Shown one piece after another: positions 27,576 through 40,580 of a DNA stretch of 64,000 nucleotides. The notes under the pieces were generated by a model, which saw nothing but the letters and a program-made list of their open reading frames with translations, did no database searches and was not told the origin of the DNA. Numbering within the stretch: position 1 is the first letter of the stretch; each line of letters opens with the position of its first letter. Source of the DNA: Vicugna vicugna (Eukaryota); NCBI GenBank assembly GCA_013265495.1, contig MU057711.1, forward strand, positions 992,001-1,056,000, in the 5' to 3' direction. Position numbers and translations under genes: made by a program.

Positions 27576-27731
27576 AAAACAAATAAATAAATAATATATA
27601 ATAAACACATATTTTAATAATAAAATTTAATTTTCAATTTCATCAAATATTCTGAAAAATCAGGGGATTAACTGATCTTTTAGAACTCCTAGGAAAGAAG
27701 TTACATAAATATTCAGCAATTCAGAAAAGTA

Positions 27732-27924
27732 CAGATGACCCTTGAACAACAGGTTTGAACTTTGAGGGTCCTCTTAAACATGGAATTTTTTCAATAGTAA
27801 ATACTACTATGATCCAAGGACACAGAACAGCTTTAAGGAAGGCCAACCATAAAGTTACATACGGATTTTTGACTGTGCAGATGGTCGGTGCCCCCTAGCC
27901 CCTGTGTCATTAAAGGGTCAACTG
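27732..27924. mobile_element. Tigger2-family MITE (Tc1/mariner)
   Basis: TIRs CAGATGACCCTTGAA / TTAAAGGGTCAACTG with a TA TSD on both sides. Confidence 0.85.
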
Positions 27925-28880
27925 TATTTCAACTTCTTCATTCCATGTCCAGGTGCCTCTTTTCTTGAATTGCAGATACTTAAAATGTTAGACTTTGAAG
28001 ACGTCTTCAAAATCAATGGCTGGGTCAGTGACTGGTTCTGAAAACTGAAGACTTTACCTAGCAGTTGTAGGAATGGCATGATCAAGATGTCCTTCAGGAC
28101 AGGGCAAAAGGAAACGGTCTGCAGCAAGTCAAATTTAGTCAGCAGAAACCCGCCTGAGGTCAAACAGCTGATCCACGGTGGGGCGGAGACTCTGACTCTG
28201 ACCCCCACACTCTCCTAGTCACTGTATCAAACTACCACTTGACAGAAGAAATCCAATCCCATCCTGGAAGTATAAAATCAGAATCCTCAGAGGGCTCCAA
28301 GACAAGCTAAATAGAAATAATCATTTAACTCTTTCACTAAAAACAAACATACAAACTTTTAGTAAGAGCAGAGACCCATAAAGAAGCTCGATCTGAAGAC
28401 TATCCCTAGAAAGGAAATTGCTACCATTCTATCAACAATCGTATAACAGAAGTACATCACACCTATTATCACTGTGAGCTCTCGGCTAAAGACCTGGCAT
28501 ACTGTATCATAAGAAAAAATCACTTTTTTGCCTTAAGCTTCACCCTAGTATTCAGAAACTAACGGTGTTCATGGTATTAAGAACCTAATGATTTAAAAGT
28601 CTCTATACTGCTTATCACTGGGAAATGCAATGTGAAAAGACAAGTTTTCCATCATCGCTTGTCCTCAGAAACATAGGTTCAGCAGAGTGAAGTAAAGTTT
28701 ACAACACCAGAAGATGGACTAAAACTTTTCTAATCAGCTGTTTTTTTCTTTTTTTTCAGGTCAGGCTATAGATCAACTACACAGACACACAGGACAGTTC
28801 CTACAAAACTCATGCAATTCTGACACAGTACTTAGAGCCCTATTTAAAACTACAATATAATTTGCAAAGAGGGGACTTAC

Positions 28881-30571
28881 GTAATTGCAACATTGCTCCC
28901 ATCTATAACAATGTGCTTCAGATCCGTTCTCCCTGGTTCATTTTTTAATTCCAGCTTGTAGGGCACTTTCAGAGTATCTCGAAACCTCTGGACCCCTGTA
29001 ACAGAGGAATCAATGTGCTCAGAAGGTCCTGCCAACCTTGCATCAGTAACTGAAGGTAGCAGCTGGGGCAGCGGCCTCGGTGGAGAGAGGGGTGGACAAT
29101 TTGGCTTAGACTGAGGAGAGCTACAACATCCCGGACAGTTTTCACAGGCAGACTTCATATTATTTGGGAGCAAGGGTTCCACTTTCTGCTGCAAACCATT
29201 TTCAGGAAAAATGGGAATTCTGGGCTGGTGACTTGAAGCTCCTCTTGAAACAAAACTGACAACTTCTTTGGGACTTGAAGGGGCAACAGAGGGTAAAAGG
29301 CCATCAGTTTCAACATCTATGTTACAAATGTAGTTCTGGTTTGAACTCCAGATTTCTTGTTTCTGTTCTACTGTCACTGATTTGAAAGTATTAATTTTGC
29401 AATTTGAGGTACACGGTTTTGCTTCCTTGAATGGTAACTGAGAAAATTTTTCTACCATGTTTTGCTGTGTGTGAGTTTGTGTTTTCTTTGGAGTGGAATC
29501 CGTTGTAAGCTCATTTATGCTGTTACAAACACTTTTATTTTTGGTTTTACTGGTCTCTGGATACGTGGTACCAGGTGAATATTCTCTGTTTTCCTGGAAT
29601 CTTTTATTTTCTTTTTCAATTTCCTCCAAGAGCAATAATGGTTCAGTGGATGGCCCATACTCCCGAATGACCTTTTCAACAATTTCTTGGGAGTAGCCCA
29701 TGGTTTTGAAAAAGTTTACGAGGATGTTGTATTCCATTTCCTCAGTAGTGTCTTTTATATCTGGACTTAAGTTTTCAGCATCAGTGGAAGAATCAGATAG
29801 GTCAATGATTACATTTCCAGCTGGTGTCTTCCCATCATGTAAAAGTTCTCCCTCTTGAACATTTTCCAAAGAAAACTGTTTCTTGGTATGCCTTTCTTCA
29901 GAATCAGAAAATCTCCTTTTGTGACAAACTCTGTCTTTGGAAAGTGCCTCTTCATCTGGGGTTAGACCATTTATTGGAACAAAAAGCACATCTTGTGAAC
30001 TAGAAAAGATTGTGTCCATTTGTTTTGTAAGCTCAGAAACAGGAGTCCCTGCTTTATTTCTTGCATCTTCCTGCACAACAATTTCATCTCTGGAAATATT
30101 CAACCCCGTGGCAGCATTCTGTGTAAACTCTGTTTGTTGAGAATCTCTAATTTCAATAACATCATCATCTCCTGTTTCAAATAGATTCTCCTCACCTTGG
30201 GTGAGTGCCAAAAGTTCTTTTTTCAAGGAAGTGGGCAAAATCAACAAGTCCATTGTGTAACTGTCTGCATGAGCTTCAACAAATTGTTTAAATTCCCTTT
30301 TCACTTCTGATTCTTTTTGGCTGTTGGGCAGGTTCTCGTTATTCTCAAAGAGCTTTACAAACTGCTGAATGTGACTTCGAGCCATGACCACAGCTTCGGC
30401 ACTTCCTCTGATGCCAAGAAGACCGATGTCCAGAATGCAGAGATCAGCACAGGTGTCCTGAATCAAGCTCTTGAGAAACAGGCTCTGTGCCCCAACAAAA
30501 ATGCAGTGCATGGCCTTGGGGTAACATTCTCTTTCTTCCAGTTCAGGTTCACAGATCCCTTTAATATACTC
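28881..30571 (-). CDS. N4BP1: N4BP1 coding exon 2 (aa 67-630: KH-like, UBA-like, linker, start of NYN domain)
   Basis: 566-aa ORF EYIKGICEPELEE...HIVIDGSNVAIT. Acceptor tctttgcAG|GAG, donor AC|GTAAGT. 1691 nt. Contains the NYN motif IDGSN (D623). Confidence 0.98.
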
Positions 30572-31359
30572 CTGCAAAGAGAAGAGAAGAAGTTAGATCA
30601 ATTTACAAAAGCTCCTTACAGCACACATTATGTTACACAAGAAATTACAAATATCAAGCTGCACAAAAATCAAAAGCGTGCCAACATCTTTGGAAAAAAT
30701 ACCATGTTTTAACTAAAATACTTAAAATTGCAGGTATAAGGTGCTTAATTGTTTACAGAGGAACTGAAAACTTTGCATCATAGTCTAAAAGGCAGGTAGT
30801 TGTAACATTTTCAACAGTGTATCTTGCAATGTGATCTTAGGGGTTTGCTCAGCTGCCCAGTGGATAATGACAAGACTGAATTTATTTACATCTATACAGA
30901 ATACACATCTCTGCTTGCTACTAAGTCACTTATTACTACTATGACATAATTAAGAGATAAGATAATGAAGTCAAACAATTTATTCCAGAACAAACCTTGA
31001 CTTCTGCTTTGCTACTTTGTTTCCAGATAAAACAAACTGATTTCTCGAAGACATTTAAAAATTAACAAAGATTTTTTCCAGCTGGCTGGAACAATGTATA
31101 TTCTATATAGTTTTATGTCTGCTTTTCAAGACCAGACTATTTAAATGTAGACCCAAATATAAAGAACCAGAAAATGCTGAACAGTGCTGCCATTCTCAGA
31201 TATAAAGCTAGAGTTTCTAGTGAAATCTGGTAGTGAAGGAGGCCTGACCACATAAGAAAAGGAAACTGGGTTCTTCAGCAATTAGTTTGCTACTAGAGAC
31301 AGAGTGTGAATCAAGTAAACATGTGAGCACTCACACCAACAGTGGAACATACTTGTTAA

Positions 31360-31560
31360 TAACTTGGGCACTGGAGTCTGTTCCTAGGCTCAAATTCCAG
31401 TCATACAACTTGTGACCTTGCTCAAGTTACCTAACCCTTCTTAGCCCAGTTTCTTCAACTGTGAAAGATAAGGCTAGTGCAATCTCGAGTGTTTTGAGGA
31501 AATTCAATGACATAATGAATGTAAAGTTCTGACAACAGTGTCTGACAAATGCTTACAAAA
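31360..31560 (+). mobile_element. MIR SINE
   Basis: gtgaccttgctcaagttacctaacccttcttagcccagtttcttcaactgtgaa. Confidence 0.7.
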
Positions 31561-32189
31561 AAATATAAACATTGTTACTTAAATTATCAGTGAAAATCTT
31601 CTGGACAGACAGTTGTAAGAAATGAGCCTGGCAATACCTGATACATGCTTTAAACTAAAATTAGGATGGCGTTACCAAAAATGGTGCTATTTAAAAGTTC
31701 AACCTGTGCAGCACCAGATATGATGAGGCTTTACAAACTTGTACTTACTATGTATGCTTGCTTTGTGTACACAGTAGGTGCATACTCCTGTTCACACATT
31801 TAGAACTACAAAATTCCTATGAGGAGACAAAACACTAGAAATATAAGGAAAACATAAAGGGGTAAAGCTCAACCCGAGCACTATGATGCTCAGTTATGAG
31901 TTCTTTGCTTCCTTATGTCCTTCTCAATAAACCTGGAATATTTGTGGGCTTGGTGGTAAAGAGTAAAGGTAACTGGTGCTGGACAGAGGAGCTTTTTTTA
32001 AAAGAGCAGTTTACTAGAGCTACTTTTGTAACATGGTAATTGTGTTAAACAAAAAAGTACAGTAAGCAATCGTCCTTTTTTTCTGAATGTGCAAACAGTG
32101 TTAAATATGGATGGCAGCATCCTTTAAGATCTCCAAATGGGCAATATTTTGCTACCACTTGTTTGAACTTATACTGAATTTAGACTGTA

Positions 32190-35100
32190 GTTTGAAGTTG
32201 TTTTTTATTTTTACTTTGAAGGGTTCACAGGAAGTTGCAAAGATAGCACATAAAAATTTTGTGTGCTCTTTATCCAGCTTCCTTCAATCATTACAGCATA
32301 TATAATTATACTATAAAATCAAATCCAGGACATTTACATTGATATGGTGTATGTATACAGTTCTACACCATTTTATCACATGTGCAGATTCATGAAAATA
32401 CCACTTCAAACAAGAAAGAGAATTATTCTATCACCACAAAGATTTCCTTCATGCTATCCTTTTATTGTCACATGTTTATTCCACTTCCACCTACCATCTC
32501 TACCCCTGGTGACCACTCAGCTGTTTTTATCTGTATAATTTTGCAACTTCAAGAATGTTTATATAAACAGAATTATACAGTATGTGACTTTTGAGAATGG
32601 CTTTTTTTTTTTCACTCAATATAATGCTCTTAAAATCCATCCAAGTTGTTGCACGTATCAATAGTTCATTCCTTGTTACCACTGAGTCCTATTCCATGAC
32701 ATGGACGAACTACAGTTTTTAAATCATCTGTCTACTGAGGAACATTTTGGTTGTTCCTGTTTGGAGGCTATTACAAATAAAGCTGCTATGAACAATCACA
32801 TACAGGTTTTTATGTGGACCTGTATTTTCATATTTCTGGGATAAAGGCTCAGGAGTCAACTGCTGGGTGGTGTGGTAAAAACATGTTTAGTTTTTCTAGG
32901 AACTGCCAAACTATGTTCCAGAATGGGCATACCATTTCACATTCCCACTAGCACTGTATGAGAGATCCAGTTTCTCCCCATCCTTGCCAGTACTTGGTAC
33001 TGTCACTATTTTTTATTTTAGAAATCCTAGTAAGAGTGTAGTATATCTCATCATGGTCTTTGTTTGTATTTCCCTAATGGCAACTGATGTTGAACATCTC
33101 TGCATGTTCTATTTACCATCTATATTCCCTGTCTGGTGAAGTGCTCATTTCTTGGGTCCATTTTCTAATTGGATTGTGTGGTTTTTACTGTTGAGTTTTG
33201 AGAGTTCTTTATGTATTCTAGACATGAATCCTTTGTCAGATATGAGGCTTGCAAATATTTTCTTCTAGTCTGTACTCTGTCTTTTCATCCTCTTAACATG
33301 GTCTTTTTGTGACAGAAAAAGTTTTTAATTTTAAGGAAGCTCATGTATTGTTTTTTCCTTCATCAAGCCCTCTAGATTCCTAAGATCTTGCCTATGTTAT
33401 TATCTAAAAGTTTTATGTTTAAATCTATAATCTATTTTGAGTTGATTTTTGTACCAAATGTAAGGTTTAGTATGAGGTTCATGTTTTTTACCTATGGATA
33501 TCTAATTGCTCTAGCATCATTTCCTGAAAAGATTATCTTTTCTCTATTGAGTTGCTTTTGCGTGCTTGTCAAAAATCAGTTGGCCATACTTGTGTGCGGC
33601 CATTCCTGGGTTCCCTATTCTGTTCCACTGACTTACAAATCAGTCCCTTCATCAATACCACACAGTCTTGACTGTTGTAATTATGTAATGTCTTGAAATT
33701 GAATAGTGATTACTTCTACTTTATTGCTTTAAAAATTGTTCTTAGCTATTCCAGTGTCTTTGTCTTTCCATATACATTTCTAGAATACTTGCATTTAGCA
33801 ATTATGTTAAACTTGCACTTTGGTTTGAGGATAACTGACATCTGCTGACTCTTCTGAGGCATGAGCATGGTATGTCTCTCCCTTTCTCTAGATTTTTGCT
33901 TTCTTTCATCACTGTTTTATAGTTTTGAGCACATAAGTCGTACACAGGCTTTGTGAGATTTACACCCAAGTATTTCATTTTTTTGAGCATCTGAACATGG
34001 CACTATATTTTAATTTTGGTTTCTGTGTGCTCATTGCTAATAAACAGAAATACAATTGATTTTTTGTATATTGATCATATATCCTGTGATCCTGCCAAAC
34101 TTCTTTCTAATTCTAGGATTTTTTTCTTCTAGATTCCCTGGGATTTTCTATGCAGACAATTATATCACTTACAATTTTTTCCCTCTGATTTATATATATT
34201 TTATTTTTCTTGCCTTTTGGCACTTGCTAGAACTTCCAACATTGTGCTGAAGAGCAGTGGTGAGAGCTGATATGCTTGCTTTGTTCACAATCTATGGAGA
34301 AAACATTGTTTTTCACCATGAAGTTAGAGATTTTTTTTAGATATTCTGTTCACGTTAAGGAAGTTACCCTATATCCCTATTTTTCTAGGAGCATGAACAT
34401 GGTGTTAAAACTTGTTAAATGCTTTACCATATCAACTGATATACTTTCATGATTTTACTTCTTCAGCCTATTAGTATGATAGTATTGACTGATTTTTCAA
34501 TATTGAACCAGTCTTGTATCCCTGGAATAATCACCACTTGGCCATAATGCCGAATTCTTTTATATACTGATAGATTCTATTTGCTATATTTTGTTAAGAA
34601 TTTTTGCATCTATCATCATGATGGACCCTGGTGTGCAGTTTTACTTTTTTTGTGTTGCATTTGTCTGGTTTTACCACTGGGGAAATACTGATTACAAATG
34701 AGTAAAGAAGTGTTCTCTTCTGTATTTTCTAGAAGAGACTGTGTAGAATTGGTGTTAATTAGTTTAAAAACACTTTATAGACTTCTTTAGTGAAACAACC
34801 TAGACGACCCAGTGATATATTTTATGAGAATCTTTTTCTAGTTCCTATAGGTGAAAGCTTAGATCATTGATTTGAGACTTTTCTCCTTTTCTAATGCAGT
34901 ATGTTATAAATTTCTCTTTCAGCACTGCTTTAGCTACAGCTCACAAATTTTGATATGCAGCATTTTCATTTTCATTCAGTTCAATGCATTTTCAAAATTT
35001 CTCTTCAAATTATTCAATATTCAGAAGTGCGTTGTTGAGTTTCCAGGTATTTTGGAAGAGATTTTCTTGTTATCTTTCTGTTACTGATTTCTACTCTGAT

Positions 35101-38100
35101 TCTTTTGTGGTCAGAACACATTCTGTATGCTTTCACATCTTTCAAATTTGTTGAGATTTGTTTTATGCCCACGTTATGGTCTATCTTGATATATGTTCTG
35201 TGTGCACTTGAAAGGAATGTGTATATTCTGCTGTCATTGGGCAGAGTGTTCTATAAACATCTATCAGAACCTGGATGGTTGATGGTGCTGAGCTCTCCTA
35301 AATCCTTGCTGATTTTCCGTCTAATGGGTCAATTAATTGTTGACAAAAGCATGCTGAAGTCTCCAACTATAATTGTGGGTTTGTCAGTTTCTCCCTTCAG
35401 TTCTGCCAGTTTTTGTTTCATCTATTTTGCAGCTCTATGGTTAGGAATATACACATTTCACATTGTTATGTCTTCTGGGTGAACTGTCCTTCTATTTGCT
35501 CTGGAGACCGTTTTGTCTGATGGTAATATTGCCACTCCAGCTTTCTTTTGATAAATGTTTACATAGTATGTTTTCCCCTCTTTTTCATTTTAACTTACTT
35601 ATATCATTGTATTTGAAATAAGTTTCTTAAAGATACTATATAGTCTGGCTGTTTTAAAAATCCATTCTGACAATCTCTTTTAAATGGGTGTGTTCAGACT
35701 ATTTAATTTTAAATGAAATTCTTGGTAAATCTGGATTTAAGTTTACCATTAATTTGTTTTTGCGTGTTACCTATTTTTAATTCTTTTTTCCCCTCTCTCA
35801 CCTTCTTGTGTTATACAAACATTTTAAAGTATTACAATTTATGTATTGCATTTTAATTGCATCTCTTTATATAGTTTTTAAAGTTGTCACGCTATCAATT
35901 AAAATACACATAATTTAATTTTCACAGTCCATTACAATCAACAGTCTGTCATTTCAAGAGGAAATGTACAAACCTTACCACCCATACTATTCATGTTTTT
36001 TATTTTCTACATTTTATGATGTTTTGACATTTTGGGAGGCCTTTCAGACCTGGGGAGAGACTTCTTACCCTCCCAGGCTAGCTAATTCCTCGGAGCTCTG
36101 GACAGCTTGCTTAGAGCATGCCTTTCAAGTGCAGTGGCCTGATGCAGTGCTGTGCCCTCACCCATCTCCTTATTTAATTCAAGCCCTGTATCAAGCCATG
36201 GCCAGGTACCAAATAACTAAAGACAGCTCCTATGCCCCCAAAGCCCGCAGGAATTACCCAAACTAGTCAATCCTAAACTGGTTACCCTACCCCTGCCCTG
36301 CCTTTCCTTTCCCCTTGCTCCTGCTTCTGCCTCCTGCCAAAAACCTGATGCTTCACCTATGGCCCTCGTCATCAAAGTCTTCTTTCAATGGCATTGACTT
36401 CTCTGTGCCACCACTCAGTCACCTTCATAACTTAAAATCCTGTGAGTATAAATTTTAGAACACCACCATCATATCTGCTCCTTTACCCCTGGTCTCTATT
36501 CTCCTTGCCCTCCCTCGTATGTTACAGCTATCTCATAAATTATAGGTACATACATTCAAATCCTATCAGACACTTAAAAATTTTACTTTCAATCACATTA
36601 ACTCACTTTAAAGAACTCAACAGAAGAAAGTGATCTATTATATTTATCCAGATATAGTATATAGTTTCTGTCTGAAGAACTTCCTTTAGCAATTCTTTTG
36701 CAGCAGACTACTGGCAATAGTTTCTCTTTAGTTTTTCTTCAACAGAGAATGCTTTATTATGCTTTATTTCACTTTCATTCTCAAAGGATAATTTCACTGG
36801 ACAGAGAACTCTTTTTTTCCACCAGTTAAATAATATTGTGCCATTTTTCTGGCCCCCACAGTTTCTGATGAGAAATCTGTACTTATTCTAATTGTTGTTC
36901 CCTGAAATGTGTTTTTCTCTCAACGCTTTCATGACTTTAAACGCATCCTCAGTTTTCAGCAGTGTGGTTATGACATGTTTGGGTGTGGAATTCTTTTGAG
37001 TTTATTAGGTTTGTGTTCACAACTTCTTGAATCATTATGTTTACAACTTCTGCCAAATTTGGGAAGTCTTCAGTTATTACTTCTCCATTTTTTTTTTTAG
37101 CATCATACTTTCTTCTCTACTCCTCTTGTTCAGATTAGATAACTTCCGTTGTCCTGTCTTTAAGTTCACTGCCTCCCCTGTCATCTCAATTTTAAAACTG
37201 AGTTCGTCCAGAGAAGTTTTATTTAGGTACGTTTCAGTTTTAAACTTCTCACTTGGTTCTTCTTTATATCTTCTACTTCTCTGCTGAAACTTCTATTTTT
37301 CTATTAGTTTTTAGAGTACTTGTGATTAATACATGTTTTAAATTCTTTGTTAGATAACTCCAACATCTGTGTCATCTTGGCATCCACTGTCTTTCTCATG
37401 AGAGTTGGTATTTTCCTGGTCCTTCATATGCTAATAATTTTGTATTGCATCCATTTTGAGTATTATGAGTTCTGGGTCTGTTTAAATCCGTGATCCACTT
37501 CTGTTCTAGCAGGTAACTGACCTAGTTAGATTCAGGCTGCAAGATGTACCCTGTCTTCTGTGAGCTGTGATTCCAACAGTTCAGTTTTTAAAGCCTCTGC
37601 AGAGCTATCTGTATCTGTCCCACAGTCGCCAATCTGGGATCTGGATGGTGGTTTTCTATTAGTTCAGCTCTTAAAAGTCTTTGTTGTGCTGACGAAGAGT
37701 AGATCCATGGATGCACGCAGCTTGGGGATGAACCTGGATTATCATAAACAATTTTTATGGAGTCATCTTCCTGGGCTCCTCCCTCCCTACCATCTTTCTA
37801 TAGTGTTTTCTAGTTCCCTGGGCTCTTCTCATTCCTCTAGTCAGAAAGCTGGGGCTTTGGTTACCCCACTTCACCTTGCACTTCTGCAACTGTGCCTGGG
37901 TCCATCCAAAGGACAGAGAGGGAGAGAAAGCAACAAGGCTCGCCCCATCCTCTTGGGACCACAACTCCACCAATCAGAAAAGAATTTTGGCTCCTGCAAG
38001 CTCCCATTGCCACCATCATGGGATTTTTTTGGAAGCTGGTGTGTATTGGAATGAAGAAAAACCAAAGCAAAAACGGATTTCACACAATGTTAGCTACTCC

Positions 38101-38400
38101 ATTTTCTTGCCCCTTGAGTTAAAACTAGAGGGCTTCTCCTGGTTCTAGGGTGCCCTAGTGCCCATTTCCAATTCCTGGTTAAGCTGTGTTGAGTTCAGGC
38201 TGAGGGATAACAGAGGGGGGAAAATGGCAAACTTACCACTGGTTTGGTGGTACTTTGAATTCTTGTCTTCTTTCCCAATCTGTCTGCTACTGTTTACTCT
38301 TCAGAGTCCACAAATAGCTGTCCCATGCATTCTGTCCAGGTTTTATCACTATGTTCAGTAGGAGTGACAGTGTAGTCTATCTTACTCAGAACTGGAACCT
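32190..38400 (-). mobile_element. Old degraded L1 (L1MB/L1MC-type), interrupted by an LTR
   Basis: L1M-type 3' end (ttcacaggaagttgcaaagatagcaca) and decayed ORF2 fragments (e.g. MKYLGVNLTK at 33802-33990). The 5' limit is approximate. Confidence 0.8.
35985..36462 (+). mobile_element. ERVL solo LTR (MER74-like) nested in the old L1
   Basis: gatgttttgacatt...cctcccaggctagctaattcct...cactcagtcacc...aaca resembles the recalled MER74 consensus. Confidence 0.6.
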
Positions 38401-38559
38401 CTCCTTGCTGCCTGCTGATATTTAAGTGATTCTGCCTATTTAGCATAAGTAAGTGTTGGATTCACATGAGTCAAATACAAGTGAGACTACTATGCAGCTA
38501 CCGGATAAGAAAAGCTGATTACATCCACTCAGTGGCATGCCAGCAACAATGAGCCAACC

Positions 38560-40580
38560 TGGAGAGGTTTCTTCTCCAGATAAAAGACTTCCAAAACAAA
38601 CATACTCTCAGACAAGGGCTAATTCTCTGACTCATCCAAGGTAAAGCCTACCCATCAACAGATCCTGCCCAGACACAAAGCTTCCAACTGGCTCTTCAGA
38701 TTTGGTATGAATCATTAAAAAAAAAAAATCCGTAACAAAAGTCTGACAAATATGAAGACAGAAACCAAGAAAGCAGAACACAAAATACAGAAAAACTGGA
38801 GGAAACTAGGTAAAGCAGGCAGAAAAGAAAACTTCAAGAAAATTTTAATTAGTGCTTTCAAACCAGATATAATGAATTCACAAAACAGCAATCAAAATGT
38901 TAAAACAGAAAGGAAAATAATCAGAATAAGAATTACTAGTAAGTTAAAGATATGACGGCCAAAGTAAAAATCAATAGAAGAACTGAAAGACAAAGTGGAA
39001 GAAATCTCTCCAAAAGTACCAGAAAAAGAAAAAAAGCATTGAGAGAAAAGAGACTTTAAAGGTCCATTTAGGATATCCTAAATCTCAAGAACTGGCATTT
39101 CTAAAAGTAGAATGACAGCTAATAAAGAAACAACACAAATAATTTCCTGAAACTAAAATATGTAAGACCCTCATGCATAATAAGTGAAAAAAATTACACT
39201 AAGTCCTGTTTGGGAGCCAATGCACACAGATCCCATCTTGAAAGGGTTCACAGAACACCCAAGCATGATTACTTCTTAAAAGCCCACAAAAGGAAAAATC
39301 CTGGGGGCAGGGTGGAAACGGGACACACATAAAAGAATGACAATCAGAATGTCATATTCTTAACAGCAGTTCTGGATAATGAGGGTGGGGGGTTTGGGGG
39401 TGGGGAAGGGTAGCAATGCATTTGAAAGAGAAAATGATTGTCAATTTATAATTGTATACCATCCACATAACTTACCAAATATAAAGCAGAATAGAGACAC
39501 TTGCTAAAGGCTGAGAAAATTACTCCCATGGATTTTTGAGAAACTATTTTAAGATGAAGCCCACCAAAATATGGGTGATGAAGTAATGAGTAAATTCCAT
39601 CCCAAAGTGGCAAATGGAAGTCCAAAGATTATAGCTGTGCAGCAGATAAGCTGAGCAATCAGCTGATTGGAGGGAGAAGAGGGATCCAGGGATGATCTCC
39701 CAAAAAAGGAGGCTCAAAGAATAGTCGATATAAAGGATTACTTGTTAAATAATAGGGATGTGATTAAAGCAAATTTCATAAGTAGACAAGAACAGAGCAG
39801 ACACAAATTCCAGGAAAAATAAAAAGCTGTACCAGAAACAGAGCACAATGTAATAAAGTACTTGGTTGGCTTCATAATGAGTAGCATTTATATGTTATAA
39901 TTACATAAACCCTGTTTCATGCTTTAACTAAACAAACAAACAAAAAAAACATGTTGGTGTCTTAGTCTGCTCAGGCTGCTCTAACAAAATAGCACAGACA
40001 GGGTGCCTTACAAACAACAGAAATTTATTTCTCTCAACTCTGGAGGCTGGAAGTGCAAGATGAGGGTGCCAGCACGGTTAGGAAAGGGCCCTCTTCCAGG
40101 CTGCAGACTTCCTGCTGTATCCTCACATGGTGGAAAGGGCAATGGAGCTCTCTTGGGGCTCTTTCCTAATGGTATTTATCTCATCCACGAGGGCTCTGTG
40201 CTCAGGACCCACTCATCCTCCAAAGGCTCCATTCCCCTAATACCATCACATTGGACATTAGGATTTCAACATAATGAATTCTGAAGAGAAATAAACATTC
40301 AGACCACAGCAATTGAGAAAATGGGGGTAGTTTTTCATCTCATCATCTATCTTTTTTTTTTCTCATCATCTATCTTAAAGTGAATGATACTTAAAAATGA
40401 TAAGAAACAGCAGTATATTATTTATAATTATTTAGATAAACATTAGAACAGATAGCTAAAAACAGTTAAAAGTAGTTGCCTCTAGGAAACTGGGGTGGGG
40501 TAGAAGCTAGGGCCTGCTATTCTTTACCATGAAACCCCTCAGAACTACCTGATTTGTTTCGACCATGTGTAATTATCACT
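38560..40580 (+). mobile_element. Ancient HAL1-like element, interrupted by an MLT1A-like LTR
   Basis: Decayed ORF1-like A-rich sequence (tcaatagaagaactgaaagacaaagtggaagaaatctc) and the HAL1-type motif agctgtgcagcag...gagcaatcagctgattggag near 39634-39671. Confidence 0.6.
39958..40311. mobile_element. MaLR solo LTR (MLT1A-like)
   Basis: TGTCTTAGTC...aaacaacagaaatttatttctc...ctggaggctggaagt...ggatttcaacat...cattcagaccacagCA, with TG...CA ends. Confidence 0.85.

Noticed and set aside
39382..39410. G-quadruplex-like G-run cluster
   Set aside because: Lies inside a decayed repeat with no functional context. Such runs are common.
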